64,000 nt of DNA from Polyangiaceae bacterium (GTDB taxonomy: Bacteria; Myxococcota_A; Polyangia; Polyangiales; Polyangiaceae): contig JBILLK010000020.1 in assembly GCA_044376115.1 (NCBI GenBank), positions 1-64,000 on the forward strand. Reading direction: 5' to 3'. Below are positions 9,282-19,159 of the stretch, one piece after another. The position numbers were made by a program, and so were the translations under genes. The notes beneath the pieces were generated by a model, which saw nothing but the letters and a program-made list of their open reading frames with translations, made no database searches and was not told the origin of the DNA. The first letter of the stretch is position 1. Each line of letters opens with the position of its first letter.

Positions 9282-10064
9282 CTAAAAGCTCGACCTACCG
9301 GCAAAGGCCTGCTGCAGCGTCAACCCGGCCAGCCCAACGTGTAGAGCCAGCACCACGGCGAATAACCCCGTACTCAACGCTGGTGACCTGAGCGCGCCCA
9401 AGAGGCCAGCACAGAGCGGCAAGGTCTGGAGCGAATGCAGGCCAAGGAAATGCGGCACTCGGAGGTCGCCGAACTTTGTACTCCAATTGAGGAGCGGCAG
9501 CCCTGAACCGCCGTCAGCGCCACCGACCGAATGCTGGAGCCGACCGCCCATACCGAAGCCTGATACAGCGGCGACCAAGAAAAGCCAAAGCCCCGCGCAC
9601 CAGGCGGCTCGCATCAGCGGCGCCCACGGCGCGCCATCCGCTCCAAGCAAGGGGCGCATAGTCGCCACGCCCGCGACCACAATCATCGTGAGCGTGGTCA
9701 CGACAATCGCCAGGACCATCATCCGCCAGATCGCCGCATTGAACGCCCCGGCTAGATTGAAGTGCGAGGTGGTACCGCGCAACGCCTGCGTGACGATCCC
9801 GACCATCTCGAGCACCATCGTAACCGCAAGCAGCCAAGCGATGACGGCTTTGCTGACCCCATCAAGCGACAGGGCCGGGACCACGACCGCCATCGACGCA
9901 AGAAAGATGGCGATCGATAGGCCAAACTTCATTGGCTTGGCGGCCGGATGAACGCCTAACAGCGGGGCAGCCGGGACCGCGTGGGCAACCAAACAAACAA
10001 GGCCCACCACGAGGTGCAGCAAGGCAACCCAGGCCAAGAGACGGCCCTCGCTCGAAAGGTTCAT
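9282..10064 (-). CDS. multi-pass membrane protein
   Basis: about 7 hydrophobic segments; KPMKFGLS, QALRGTTSHFN, GDLRVPHFLGLHSLQ motifs. Confidence 0.8.
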   Translation of the reverse strand: MNLSSEGRLLAWVALLHLVVGLVCLVAHAVPAAPLLGVHPAAKPMKFGLSIAIFLASMAVVVPALSLDGVSKAVIAWLLAVTMVLEMVGIVTQALRGTTSHFNLAGAFNAAIWRMMVLAIVVTTLTMIVVAGVATMRPLLGADGAPWAPLMRAAWCAGLWLFLVAAVSGFGMGGRLQHSVGGADGGSGLPLLNWSTKFGDLRVPHFLGLHSLQTLPLCAGLLGALRSPALSTGLFAVVLALHVGLAGLTLQQAFAGRSSF

Positions 10065-10093
10065 AGGGTGAAGTCCGCTTGCGTCATTTGTTA

Positions 10094-10108
10094 GTTCTAT
10101 TATAGAAC
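10094..10108. promoter_or_regulatory. perfect 7-1-7 palindrome, putative operator
   Basis: GTTCTAT-T-ATAGAAC in the AT-rich divergent intergenic region. Confidence 0.7.
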
Positions 10109-10163
10109 CCTCTAGCCGACAAGGACCATCTCGTCTTTGCGACTTTCTAGAAGGAGCGTCTTT

Positions 10164-11087
10164 ATGCATCGTGCCGCAGCGTCCTGGTCGTTCGTTTTTG
10201 CTGCTTTTTTGGGCTGTGGAGAGGAGAACTCGGATGACCCCAGCGGCGGGAGCGGCGGGCAGAACCTGGGCGGAGAGGCGCCGTCAGGCGGTAGCTCCAC
10301 CGGCGGGAACGCCACAGGCGGTAACGCCACTGGCGGCAACTCGGCGGGCGGTGAGGGCGGCGGCGGTGGGGCCCCCGCAACGGCCAGCCTACGCTTTATC
10401 CATCTATCGCCGGATGGGCCTGCGGTCGATCTTTGCCTGATCCCAGCGGACGGGCCGCCCATCGGCCCCCTGCTCGAGAACCAAAGCCTCGAGCCCGGCG
10501 GGCTCGGCTACCTTGGAGCCACTAGCTACCTCGAGGTCCCCGCGGGCGGGTACCAGGCGGTTCTACTGGAGGCGGCCGGGACCGATTGCGACGGACCAGC
10601 GCTGCCTGCCCAACTCGACCTTCAATTGGAAGCAGAAAGCTCCCTCACAGTTACCGCCAGTGGGATGGTCGCCGGCTCAGCTGGGGAGCAGGCCCTCCAG
10701 CTAATCAGCTATAGCGATGACACAGCTGCGATCACCGGGAAGGTGCGGCAACGCCTTATCAATCAGTTGGTTGGAGCGCCCGCTCTGAGCCTCGGGGAGA
10801 ACGCTGGGAAGAACTTTGTGCCGTTGTTCACCGACGTAGCGTTCTCGCAGGTCGGCGACGCTGGCGGCCAGCCGTACCTCCTAACGGATCCGCAAAGCAA
10901 CATTGAACTAAGCCTGCGTGCCACGGGCGCCACGACCGATCTATTGACCGTGGGCGGCATCTTCATACCGGCTAATGAGGTCATCACCAGCTTTGCCGTG
11001 GGCAACCTCGACCAGCAGCCGGCTCCGATCAAGGTGCTGGCCTGCCTCGATACCTCGGGCTTCTGTATCGAGTTCCCCGCCGACTAG
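10164..11087 (+). CDS. DUF4397-like lipoprotein
   Basis: FLGC lipobox, Gly-rich linker, LRFIHLSPDGPAVD motif. Confidence 0.8.
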   Translation: MHRAAASWSFVFAAFLGCGEENSDDPSGGSGGQNLGGEAPSGGSSTGGNATGGNATGGNSAGGEGGGGGAPATASLRFIHLSPDGPAVDLCLIPADGPPIGPLLENQSLEPGGLGYLGATSYLEVPAGGYQAVLLEAAGTDCDGPALPAQLDLQLEAESSLTVTASGMVAGSAGEQALQLISYSDDTAAITGKVRQRLINQLVGAPALSLGENAGKNFVPLFTDVAFSQVGDAGGQPYLLTDPQSNIELSLRATGATTDLLTVGGIFIPANEVITSFAVGNLDQQPAPIKVLACLDTSGFCIEFPAD

Positions 11088-11605
11088 GCTTTGGGCTCCG
11101 AGCTTGGCTCGTTGCGCGCGTAATACTCGGCGAAACGAGCCCTTTTCGCGCTGGCCGACGCAGGGAAAGAAGGGCCCGGGCCAGCCATTAGATTGCGCGG
11201 CTCAATCGGCTCGCCGGTCTCAGCGTCGACGACCAGGGCGCGCACACGCCGGCCGGTCGTTCGGTCATAAACGATGACCGGTTCGCGCCCCTCCTCGAAG
11301 GACCAACGCTCACCAAAGCTCATCGTCGCGAGCAGGACTTTGGTGGCATCGTACCCCTTCTCGGTTAACCGATAGTCGTGACGCCCAGCGGCGTACTCCT
11401 CCTTCTCGAGCACGCCCTGCTCGACGAGCAGAGCGAGACGCTTGGTGAGGATGTTGCGACCAATCCCCAGCCACTCTTGAAACTCGTCGAAGCGCGTTAC
11501 CCCGTAGAGGCACTCGCGCAAAATGAGCGGGGTCCACCAATCCCCGAGCACATCGAGAGAACGCGCAATCGGGCAAGGAACACCTGGAAACCGCTTTCGC
11601 TCCAT
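11084..11605 (-). CDS. HxlR-family winged-helix transcriptional regulator
   Basis: CPIARSLDVLGDWWTPLILRE...RFDEFQ...YRLTEKG. Confidence 0.93.
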   Translation of the reverse strand: MERKRFPGVPCPIARSLDVLGDWWTPLILRECLYGVTRFDEFQEWLGIGRNILTKRLALLVEQGVLEKEEYAAGRHDYRLTEKGYDATKVLLATMSFGERWSFEEGREPVIVYDRTTGRRVRALVVDAETGEPIEPRNLMAGPGPSFPASASAKRARFAEYYARNEPSSEPKA

Positions 11606-11690
11606 CGACGCAGGTTAGCACAGTTGCATGATGGTACGCATTGCGCGAAAGCACGTCCGTCGTGGCCCTCGTGCGTTGAATCGTCGCGGC

Positions 11691-12353
11691 TCAGCGCCCC
11701 GGCGCGTCCGCGCTGAAACTCCGCCTGCGCCAAAACGCAACCGCCAGGAGCGCAGTGAAGGCCAAGACACCAAGCCAGACCGTCGCCGGCAAGTGCGTGA
11801 GCATGTCGTAAAGTCGCTCACCGAAGTAGCTCACCATGAAGATGGGCAACAGGTAGCCGACGAGAGATCCCCAAAAGTGGGTGCCAAAGCGCACGCGCGA
11901 GATGCCGAAGAAAGCATGCAACATCGGCGGCATCCAAAAGATGAAGCGCAGCAACGCCACGGTCGTAAAGCCCCGGCGCTCGAGGGCGGCCTCATACTTC
12001 TTGAGGCGTGCAGGGATGCGCTTGGCCACGGCGTCTCTCGCGACGAAGCGGGCGAAGGAGAAGCCGACCACGCTCGCAGCCATGGTGCCCGTCATTGATA
12101 GCGCGAACGCTACCGGCCAGGGCCATATCAGTGGCGCGACCATGATGAACACGGTCCCCGGAACGCCGAACGGCTGTAGCAATGCGTAGGAAAGTACGAA
12201 TACCAAGTAGCCCAGCGCGCCGAGCTCCACCAAGGTGAGCTTCAGCTCAGTCGGGCTGGCGAAGCGTTGAAAAATTCCAAAGTGCCAAGCCGCGAGCAGC
12301 CCCAACGCTACCGCTGCGACCAACGCGACCCTGGAGAACGTGGTTGGCTTCAA
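11691..12353 (-). CDS. DedA/TVP38 (VTT domain) membrane protein
   Basis: PFGVPGT, F.FARF, LLRFIF, HFWGSLVGYLLP; TTG overlaps upstream stop. Confidence 0.85.
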   Translation of the reverse strand: MKPTTFSRVALVAAVALGLLAAWHFGIFQRFASPTELKLTLVELGALGYLVFVLSYALLQPFGVPGTVFIMVAPLIWPWPVAFALSMTGTMAASVVGFSFARFVARDAVAKRIPARLKKYEAALERRGFTTVALLRFIFWMPPMLHAFFGISRVRFGTHFWGSLVGYLLPIFMVSYFGERLYDMLTHLPATVWLGVLAFTALLAVAFWRRRSFSADAPGR

Positions 12354-13390
12354 CGGCCTGAGCCTACCTCTCGCCACCACGTATCGGGACCTTCAGCATG
12401 AGCCAGCTCCACCACCGCACCGAGTCGCGGGGTCAAGAGCGGTGCGTCGGCCTTACCGGCAAGCTCAAGCAACGTCTCCGGCGGCTCATTCCAAGCGTGC
12501 AACGCCAAGTTGAAGGTGCCCCAGTGAACCGGCAGCAGCATCCTGCCGCCCAACATCTTAAAAGCGGTTAGTGCGTTCTCCGGGCCGAGGTGAATCCCAC
12601 CCCAACTTGGATGAAAGGCGCCGATCTCGAGCATCACCAAATCGAAAGGACCGTGCTGACGGCCAATGTCGGCAAACAGCGGTGTAAGCCCAGTATCCCC
12701 GGAGAAGAAGACCTTATGGTGCTCCGATTGGATGACCCATGAGGCCCACAGCGTGCGATTGCGATCGGTAGCGGCACGACCCGAGAAGTGCTGGGAGGGT
12801 GTTGCATAGAAGCGCAAGCCACGCAGGTCCACGTGCTCATTCCAATCCAGCTCGGTGATCAGTTCGGGCTGCACGCCAAACGCTTCGAGCCGCGCGCCGA
12901 CGCCCAGAGCCGTGACCACCGGAACGCCCATCCGCGCGATCTCCATCATCGTGCGCCGACAGAGGTGATCGTAGTGATCATGCGATAACAAGATCACGTC
13001 GATCGGCGGTAGCTCCTCGATCTGGGCTGGCACCGGGTGGAAGCGCTTGGGCCCTGCGAAGGAGACCGGCGAGGCCCGCTGGGCGAACACCGGATCGGTA
13101 AGGATGCGATAGCCGTCCAACTCCAAGAGCACGGTGCTGTGCCCCAACCACGTTAGGCGCAAGCGGGTCTGCGGCGCTTTTGCCCAGTGGTCATGCGGCC
13201 GGAGCAGCGGCAAGGAGGCGCGCGGCGTCCGCTCTGCACCGCCAAAGAAGTACTCCCCCAAAAGCGGCAGGGCGTTGGATTGCAACTCAGGTGTTACGCC
13301 GGAGGGATTGCTGAACCTTCCGTTCTGAAGTTGCGGCGAGGCAAGCACACGGGCTTTCCGCTCCCCACGAAAGTCCAAACAGGCCTTCAT
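12350..13390 (-). CDS. MBL-fold metallo-hydrolase (NAPE-PLD/RomA-like)
   Basis: WLGHST, SHDHYDH, HFSGR, FFSGDTG, PVHWGTF. Confidence 0.92.
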   Translation of the reverse strand: MKACLDFRGERKARVLASPQLQNGRFSNPSGVTPELQSNALPLLGEYFFGGAERTPRASLPLLRPHDHWAKAPQTRLRLTWLGHSTVLLELDGYRILTDPVFAQRASPVSFAGPKRFHPVPAQIEELPPIDVILLSHDHYDHLCRRTMMEIARMGVPVVTALGVGARLEAFGVQPELITELDWNEHVDLRGLRFYATPSQHFSGRAATDRNRTLWASWVIQSEHHKVFFSGDTGLTPLFADIGRQHGPFDLVMLEIGAFHPSWGGIHLGPENALTAFKMLGGRMLLPVHWGTFNLALHAWNEPPETLLELAGKADAPLLTPRLGAVVELAHAEGPDTWWREVGSGR

Positions 13391-13464
13391 GCCTCCGCTT
13401 GTACCACGGAGACTTGGACTCCCCCGCCGCCTTCACCGAACTTCACGGAGCGCCCGCCCCGCGC

Positions 13465-15216
13465 TCAAGGCATCGCTACATCACCGAGCGACATCTCCAC
13501 GTGGATCGCGCTGGCCTTTCGCCGGTTATACCGCTTCGTCAAACCAGCGACGGCCGCCGTGCGCACGGCTTGATCGGCTCGTAACCCTATTGCATATCGA
13601 TAGGCAGTGAGCGCCTCGGGACGGCGCTCCTCGAGGTCCAAAGCGCGTGCCCGCCAAAGGTGGAAGGCGGCCACTCGTTCTTCATCGGCGTGCCCGAGCG
13701 CAAGCGCCCGGTCGAAGGCGAGGACTGCACGCTGCGAGCGGCCGAGCTCGAGCGCGAGTAGACCGGCGACATAAGAATATATCGCTTGTTCGGGCGCAAG
13801 TTCCAGCGCGGTCTCGATATGACCAAGCGCCGCCTGCGTATCATTGCGATCCAAGTACGCTACATACGCTCGTCGGAACTGCTCGAACGCCACATCAGCC
13901 CCTGAATCGGCGGGAGATGGGGTGGTGAACCGTTGCAGAGATTTGGCTTCACCCAGCTCCTTGAAGGAGAACGGAATGAACTCCCCGCGACTCGTCGGTG
14001 CCTTTCCAACGCCCACCCAAACCGCGCCATCTTCAGGAGAGAAGACCACCGAGCCGACGGTCATCACCATCGCGATCGAGTCGCGAATGCGGCAGCGCGC
14101 GGTGGCGCCTTGATCCGCGAGGATGCCGCCCATTTGTGCGGGGCCGAGCTGGCCTGCGTTCGACTTCAAGAGCTCATTGACGCGCTGGTGCCTACCCAAG
14201 TTGTGCCGCCAATACGAACCATAAAGCGCCACCTCGGAGTTACCGAGCTCCGGGTCGAGATAGATATTCGCGTAGCCGAAGGTGGAAGCCTCTGGGCTAG
14301 CCTTTGCATCCCCACCGACGAACTTTGCGACGTGCCGCTCCGGGTTCTGCTCGAAGCAAAGTACACGCCTCGATTTGCCGTCTGCCACCAGGTGGGTCCA
14401 ACAACCTATCGAGCGCTGCTGCGCCAAGATCTCGGCGGCTTGCTCCAAGGTGGTGGCCTCCCGCATCACCACATCTCCGAGCACGCCGATCGGAATCCCG
14501 CCGAGCCGCGCCTTATCGGTAAACATGTGTTGATGCACGGTCAGGGTCAGCCCCGCCTCATTCATGGCCGTGATGCCGCCGAGCCCGACGCCAGCCGCAG
14601 CCACTGCGACATAACGCTGGCCCTTCTCGGGTGTGTGGAAGATGAGCGTTGCGTTATCCACCCAGTTCTCGACTCCGAAGTAGTCGAAGTTGCGAGCGTG
14701 CAAGAGCTTGCCCTCGGCTGTCGCGTTTCCCCAAGCAATGGCGCTGGTGCAACCAAGCCCTAGCTCCAAGCGGTGAGCGACGGCTGGAGCTGCGCCGCGC
14801 AACTTGGCCATCATGGAGGCAGACCACACCAGCGAGTCCGGCATGGTGCAGCCCAAGATAAACTCTTCCTCATCCAAGCCAGCACCGCGCGCGATGCCGC
14901 GGATTGTCTCAAGGGCGAAGGGCGGGAGCCGCTTACGCACCGATGAGCCCAGGCCGCGCTGAACACCTGCAATCAGATAGGGTGATAGTGGGCCCAAGGG
15001 CTTACCGAGCAGGCGCTCCACCATCGTCCGGTAATAGGGAATAGGGCCGCGCCGCACCTTCTCGGCCAATAGAGCGCCATGCTGCTCCCCCATCTCGGCG
15101 AAGGAGCCGACCAGGTTGAGCACGTTCATGCCAGCCACCTGGTGGAGGCTTCCGCGCCCGTGTCGGCGCCGCTGGGGGCCAACGCTATTGTGCATTAGAG
15201 ATTGCTGCAGCTGCAT
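13465..15216 (-). CDS. C45-family Ntn-hydrolase/acyltransferase with C-terminal TPR
   Basis: G|CTS autoprocessing site, LLHARNFDY, AMNEAGL; TPR-like helices at the C-terminus. Confidence 0.85.
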   Translation of the reverse strand: MQLQQSLMHNSVGPQRRRHGRGSLHQVAGMNVLNLVGSFAEMGEQHGALLAEKVRRGPIPYYRTMVERLLGKPLGPLSPYLIAGVQRGLGSSVRKRLPPFALETIRGIARGAGLDEEEFILGCTMPDSLVWSASMMAKLRGAAPAVAHRLELGLGCTSAIAWGNATAEGKLLHARNFDYFGVENWVDNATLIFHTPEKGQRYVAVAAAGVGLGGITAMNEAGLTLTVHQHMFTDKARLGGIPIGVLGDVVMREATTLEQAAEILAQQRSIGCWTHLVADGKSRRVLCFEQNPERHVAKFVGGDAKASPEASTFGYANIYLDPELGNSEVALYGSYWRHNLGRHQRVNELLKSNAGQLGPAQMGGILADQGATARCRIRDSIAMVMTVGSVVFSPEDGAVWVGVGKAPTSRGEFIPFSFKELGEAKSLQRFTTPSPADSGADVAFEQFRRAYVAYLDRNDTQAALGHIETALELAPEQAIYSYVAGLLALELGRSQRAVLAFDRALALGHADEERVAAFHLWRARALDLEERRPEALTAYRYAIGLRADQAVRTAAVAGLTKRYNRRKASAIHVEMSLGDVAMP

Positions 15217-15227
15217 ACTTCCTCGCG

Positions 15228-16073
15228 CTACGATTGATTGAAATCCGACATGACCAAAGAAAGGGGTTTGCCCGAGGCGAGCGCTGCGGACGCCATGATC
15301 CTCGGGATGGCCCAGCGATGAAAACCGACGACGGCCTGCCTCGCGCCCTCCACGTCGCCTGCGGCGACCAGCTCAATCAGGATCCGCAGGCCTTCTACGT
15401 GCTCAGCGCTCGGCGGCCGCGTCGCCACCAGGCTCTGCTCGAGCTCGGCGGTTACGCGTGAATTGAAGGCCGCGAGCATTTCGTAAACGGGATTGCACGC
15501 GCAGCGCGCGAGCGTGAGCGTCAACTCATGAACGCTCGCGATGTACTCGCGGGGCTCGTCAATGAGCGTGCTTAGTCTGTTGACCTTCGCTCGCAGCGTT
15601 TCAACGTCTTGCTTGCTGCGTCGCTGGGCAGCCGCTGCCGTCATATCGGCGTCCAACTTGGCGCGGACCTCCAAGAACCCGGATAGGACCGCGAGATCCA
15701 CGTCGCCCGGCCGCGGGACGAGCAACACCAGCAAGACCTCCGGGCTCATCGAGCGCAACGGATCGAGCACGATGGTGCCCCGCCGCCGCACCGGCTCAAC
15801 CAGCCGATGAACCTCCAGCAGCTTTACCGCTTCTCGGATTACGCCGCGGTTGACGCCGTACTCGGCCGCGAGCTCGGATTCTTTTGGCAGCACGGCCCCA
15901 AGCTTCAACTCCCCCTTGGTGATCCGTCGAAGTAGGTCCCGGGAAACGCTGTCCGCCTTGCGAGCAGGCTTTTCACCCCGCGGCATCGACGCCGCAGGCT
16001 GCTCCTGCGTTTTGCGCGCCTTTCCCGCAGATTTGCTGCCCCGAGGTTTGCTCGACTTTGCCCGCTCAGCCAC
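15228..16073 (-). CDS. GntR/FadR-family transcriptional regulator
   Basis: LPKESELAAEYGVNRGVIREAVKLL HTH followed by an FCD-like domain. Confidence 0.9.
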   Translation of the reverse strand: MAERAKSSKPRGSKSAGKARKTQEQPAASMPRGEKPARKADSVSRDLLRRITKGELKLGAVLPKESELAAEYGVNRGVIREAVKLLEVHRLVEPVRRRGTIVLDPLRSMSPEVLLVLLVPRPGDVDLAVLSGFLEVRAKLDADMTAAAAQRRSKQDVETLRAKVNRLSTLIDEPREYIASVHELTLTLARCACNPVYEMLAAFNSRVTAELEQSLVATRPPSAEHVEGLRILIELVAAGDVEGARQAVVGFHRWAIPRIMASAALASGKPLSLVMSDFNQS

Positions 16074-16079
16074 GCCCCA

Positions 16080-16107
16080 ACAATAGATCGTACTTATTCA
16101 TTTTCAA
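16080..16107 (-). promoter_or_regulatory. sigma70-like promoter for the gntR gene
   Basis: minus strand TTGAAA-16 nt-TATTGT, 6 nt before GTG, in an AT-rich patch. Confidence 0.5.
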
Positions 16108-16207
16108 CCTATTTAATCGAAACTAAGAAAATGGTCCGAGAACGGCGCTTCTCTGGGTCAACTTCGGTGGAATGAGAGACGCTGTTGGGGCGTCGGACCA
16201 ACGAGCC

Positions 16208-17860
16208 ATGAAGTTGCAACAGCTAGTCTTCGCGTTGGGGCTCACCGGCCTCGGTTGCTCTGGTGAAGCCGGAAAGCCTGGTGAGGTCGATGCCCAGCTT
16301 CCGCTCGCGGCTGCGCCCAGCACAGCCGTAGCCAGCGCGAGCGAGAGCCGCGAGGACAGCGAGCGCGTGGCCTGCGAGGCGCGTTACAACGCCATCGCCA
16401 AGCAAGGCCGCGCCTACGGCCAGGGCCCGCTGGAAACCAACCGCGAGCGAATGCTCGGCCGAGCGCGAGGAGCCACCAGCTTGTTCGTACGCGAGCCGGA
16501 GCGGACCGCGCTCAATGACGCTGCGCTCGAGCGCGAACGACAGTGGTTCGATAAGCAACTACCGGGCACGCGCGTTACCCGCTTGATCGCTCGCAACAAG
16601 CAGCGCAAGCAGGCCTTGCGTACATTGCTATTGCGCGAGGGCTACCTGTACGCCGACCAGCCCGATGATGCGTATGAACTCGAGGCCCGCGTCACCCTCC
16701 CCGAACTCTTTGAGGAGGAGCATCTGCTGCTGACCCGCGGCAACAAGCAAAGCCGGTTGCGGCTGAAGCCCGGTAAGTATCGTGAGTACGTATTCGATGG
16801 TGGGCCCAAGGACGGTAAGAAGGCCTCCATCGTATTCGGCGATCGCATCGAGGTAGCGGACAAGGAAGGGAACGTCGCTAGCACTTCACCGTGGTTGCAC
16901 CGCGACATCCTGGGCCTTGCTTGGGCGCACGGGCTCGACCGCATCTCCTTCGAGCGCATCACCGAGACCGATCTGCTCGCGGAGCTACGCGTGGGCCAAC
17001 TCAGCGTGAAGGCGGTGCTCGAAGCGAACAAGGCGAGCCTCACGATCGGCTGTCTCGCAGAGCCGCAAGAGAAGCGCGCAGCGTTCAAAGCCGCGCTCGA
17101 TCACGCCGAAGCCGGCCGGCTCGCCGACTCGCGCATTCGCGAGGCCGTCAGTCAGCAGACCGATGAGGTTCTTCCCTTTGACCGGCCGCGCAATGAGAAA
17201 GGCCCAGACAAAGACGGCCAGTTGCGGCCGATCTGGCGAGCCGCCTATTTGCGTGGGCAATCCACCTTCGAGGCGGAAGGTGGCACCTATCCGGTCTTCC
17301 TCCCCGACGGCCGACCGTCCCCGCCGCAGGTTTGCGTCGACTTCGTTTTAGATACCTATGAGCGCGCCGCTGGCAGCTGGTTCGCCCCGCGCGGCCAGCC
17401 GCCCGCGCGAGCCAAAGGGCGGCTCGACATCGATTCCTTTGGTGTAACCAATCGCCGCGGCGTCCTCGGCTTCATGCAGTTCGCCGACTCGCGGGATGAC
17501 CTGTTCGACGTTCGTCAATTCAAAGGCAAAGAGCGCATCGAGTTCGCCCGCCGCAACGACTTCTTCAAGTTCATCCAAGACAACGTCACCGACTTCCGTG
17601 CGGGCGACATCCTGGCCATTCACGGTTTGAAGCGGGATGAGCGCATTCACCAACACGCGATTCTGGTCGAGTTCGTGGATCCGATCACCGGCTTCCCTTC
17701 CGGCCTCGCCGACCAGATGAAGGCGCCGCGCCGTCGCTCCTGGGAGGGCATCATGGCCGAGGCGCCCAAACGCAGCTTACTCTACCGCGCACGGCCGATC
17801 GCGCCGATCCGCGGGCCGGTTGAAGCAGAGGCCGTGGCGACGCGGCTCGCGAGTCGATAG
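16208..17860 (+). CDS. lipoprotein with a putative C-terminal NlpC/P60-like (papain-fold) domain
   Basis: GLGC lipobox; QVCVDFVLDTYE, AGDILAI, HQHAILV. Confidence 0.65.
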   Translation: MKLQQLVFALGLTGLGCSGEAGKPGEVDAQLPLAAAPSTAVASASESREDSERVACEARYNAIAKQGRAYGQGPLETNRERMLGRARGATSLFVREPERTALNDAALERERQWFDKQLPGTRVTRLIARNKQRKQALRTLLLREGYLYADQPDDAYELEARVTLPELFEEEHLLLTRGNKQSRLRLKPGKYREYVFDGGPKDGKKASIVFGDRIEVADKEGNVASTSPWLHRDILGLAWAHGLDRISFERITETDLLAELRVGQLSVKAVLEANKASLTIGCLAEPQEKRAAFKAALDHAEAGRLADSRIREAVSQQTDEVLPFDRPRNEKGPDKDGQLRPIWRAAYLRGQSTFEAEGGTYPVFLPDGRPSPPQVCVDFVLDTYERAAGSWFAPRGQPPARAKGRLDIDSFGVTNRRGVLGFMQFADSRDDLFDVRQFKGKERIEFARRNDFFKFIQDNVTDFRAGDILAIHGLKRDERIHQHAILVEFVDPITGFPSGLADQMKAPRRRSWEGIMAEAPKRSLLYRARPIAPIRGPVEAEAVATRLASR

Positions 17861-17878
17861 CGCGCCGTAACTCGCGGA

Positions 17879-19159
17879 TCAGCTCGGCGGGCGCATAAAC
17901 GAATTGGCGAGGTCAAAGCCGCGACCACCCTGGCCAGGCCTCAGCTCCAGTCGCGGCAGGCGCGCACCGTGGACCCGCATATCCCCGACGAACGCCGCGG
18001 AGCCGAGACTGGCCGCCTCCCGCACGTTGGAGGAGGTCGCGCGTTTGACCCGCAAATCGGGGTCGGCGGCGAGGGTCAGCGAATCGGCCGCATGCGTGAT
18101 GGTTCGCATCGTAAAGAGGGCGAGCATGGTCTCGTTGCGTCGACGGCGCGCGGCGATATCTGCGCGGCTGGTTTGGCGGACGGTCACCTCGTGATCCGGG
18201 TGAGAGATTGCACCGGCGATGGCCTCGGCGACCTCGGCCAGGTGCGCGCCGTGATCGACGAAGAGGGTGATCGGGCCGCCGGGGTTCTCGGCGACGGCGC
18301 CAGCGTCGGGGAGCGGGCCAAGCGCGAGATGCGACAACGCGGCCTTGGGAATGCGGTCAACGAGCTTCTGCAAAGCGCCGGGCTTCGCTAATGAGGTATC
18401 CCCGTTGGCCGTCAGGATGAAGGACCCAACGCTCGAAAAGTCGAAGCGCTGGGCGGAAGGACGCGGGGTTGCCAAGCCTGCTCCGAGCCAGCCGAGGTCG
18501 TCGCGCCCGACTTCGAATTCGCGCAAACTCTCTCGCAAATCGGCGGCCGATTCGAGTTTGAGGCTCTCGAGAAAAGCCGGACCCATCGCCGAGGAAGGAT
18601 TACGCGTTAGCGTCAAGCGACTAGCGCTCGGCTGGGCCAGAAAAGCGCCGGTTCCATCGGGTTCTACTGGGTTAAAGCTACTGGGCACAATCGCGAAGAT
18701 CGGCAGGCTGAGCGTCTCCACCAGCGCAGCCGCGGTCGCCTTGGAGAAGGCGATTGAATGGCCGGGGCCGACCTCAAATGGGCCCAGCGGGTCCAACAGA
18801 AATCGAGCGCCCATCGCGGAAGCGCGCTTCAAACTCGCTACCACCTCGGCCGGCCCGATGGCCTTACCGCGCGCCGTTCGCAAGCCTGTACGCAGCGGCA
18901 CGACCACACGCGCACCCTCTTTACGCGGTAGCTCCTCGGCCAACATCGGCGTCTTTGCGATAGGCGTGTACAGCGTGTCGAAGACCGCCGGCGCGCACAG
19001 GCCAGCTACCGGATTGGCCCAGTCATGCGGGTCCAGCGTGCCGAGTGCCCACGGCACACGAAAGGAGAGCGTCCCTCCTCGCGGGGTGCGACCGAGCCCG
19101 AGCGCTCGCCCCGGAAGGCCCAGCGCCAACGCGGCCGTCAGCAAGGCGCGCCGCCTCAT
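17879..19159 (-). CDS. ABC transporter substrate-binding protein, family 5-like
   Basis: MRRRALL twin-Arg-like signal; GGTL, TLDP, VFDTLY, DGTGAF; TGATG coupling to the upstream gene. Confidence 0.75.
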   Translation of the reverse strand: MRRRALLTAALALGLPGRALGLGRTPRGGTLSFRVPWALGTLDPHDWANPVAGLCAPAVFDTLYTPIAKTPMLAEELPRKEGARVVVPLRTGLRTARGKAIGPAEVVASLKRASAMGARFLLDPLGPFEVGPGHSIAFSKATAAALVETLSLPIFAIVPSSFNPVEPDGTGAFLAQPSASRLTLTRNPSSAMGPAFLESLKLESAADLRESLREFEVGRDDLGWLGAGLATPRPSAQRFDFSSVGSFILTANGDTSLAKPGALQKLVDRIPKAALSHLALGPLPDAGAVAENPGGPITLFVDHGAHLAEVAEAIAGAISHPDHEVTVRQTSRADIAARRRRNETMLALFTMRTITHAADSLTLAADPDLRVKRATSSNVREAASLGSAAFVGDMRVHGARLPRLELRPGQGGRGFDLANSFMRPPS

